From NCBI GenBank assembly GCA_904063045.1, contig CAJFCJ010000002.1, positions 2,130,422-2,194,421 of the forward strand: a DNA stretch of 64,000 bases, written 5' to 3'. This DNA comes from Dimorphilus gyrociliatus (taxonomy: Eukaryota; Animalia; Annelida). Position numbers and translations under genes: made by a program. Shown one piece after another: positions 63,993 to 64,000 of this stretch. How positions within the stretch are numbered: the stretch's first letter is position 1; each line of letters starts with the position of its first letter. The notes under the pieces are model-generated. The model was given only the letters and a program-made list of their open reading frames with translations, did no database searches and was not told the DNA's origin.

Positions 63993-64000
63993 CTTTTAAA

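Noticed and set aside
1-64000. rRNA, tRNA, CRISPR arrays, intact transposons, U12-type introns
   Set aside because: None recognised by eye; no transposase or RT ORFs, and no RTATCCTT donors at intron positions. Absence is not confirmed computationally.

Overview
AT-rich animal genomic DNA with very short introns (mostly about 55-70 nt) and tight gene packing. The compaction and neuropeptide style suggest a miniaturised annelid such as Dimorphilus gyrociliatus; this is inference, not verified. Nine genes are reconstructable by manual splicing: KANSL3 (-), MNS1 (+), ESCO1/2 (+), CEP152 (-), TAF2 (+), a VLDLR/LRP8/lipophorin-receptor-like gene (+), a GPI-anchored otoancorin/stereocilin/mesothelin-like gene (-), PKNOX/Prep (+) and NuMA (-, runs off the right edge). 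A tenth, a neuropeptide precursor (-), is one uninterrupted ORF. There are also two relics: an internally deleted actin-like pseudogene and an intron-containing tandem otoancorin-like pseudogene with nine in-frame stops. The most interesting signals, none shown by the ORF track, are: (1) a precursor with eleven non-amidated W-X6-W-[L/I/V] peptides fused to an unassigned 4-Cys domain, with a basic extension ahead of its signal peptide; (2) a hidden alternative signal-peptide exon and an NF-Y/E-box module in intron 2 of the lipoprotein receptor, predicting 8-LA versus 7-LA isoforms; (3) a mesothelin-like furin site in the otoancorin-like protein, mutated in its dead twin; (4) two in-frame cassette exons in the one long KANSL3 intron. 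Exon boundaries were read by eye; no database searches were run.
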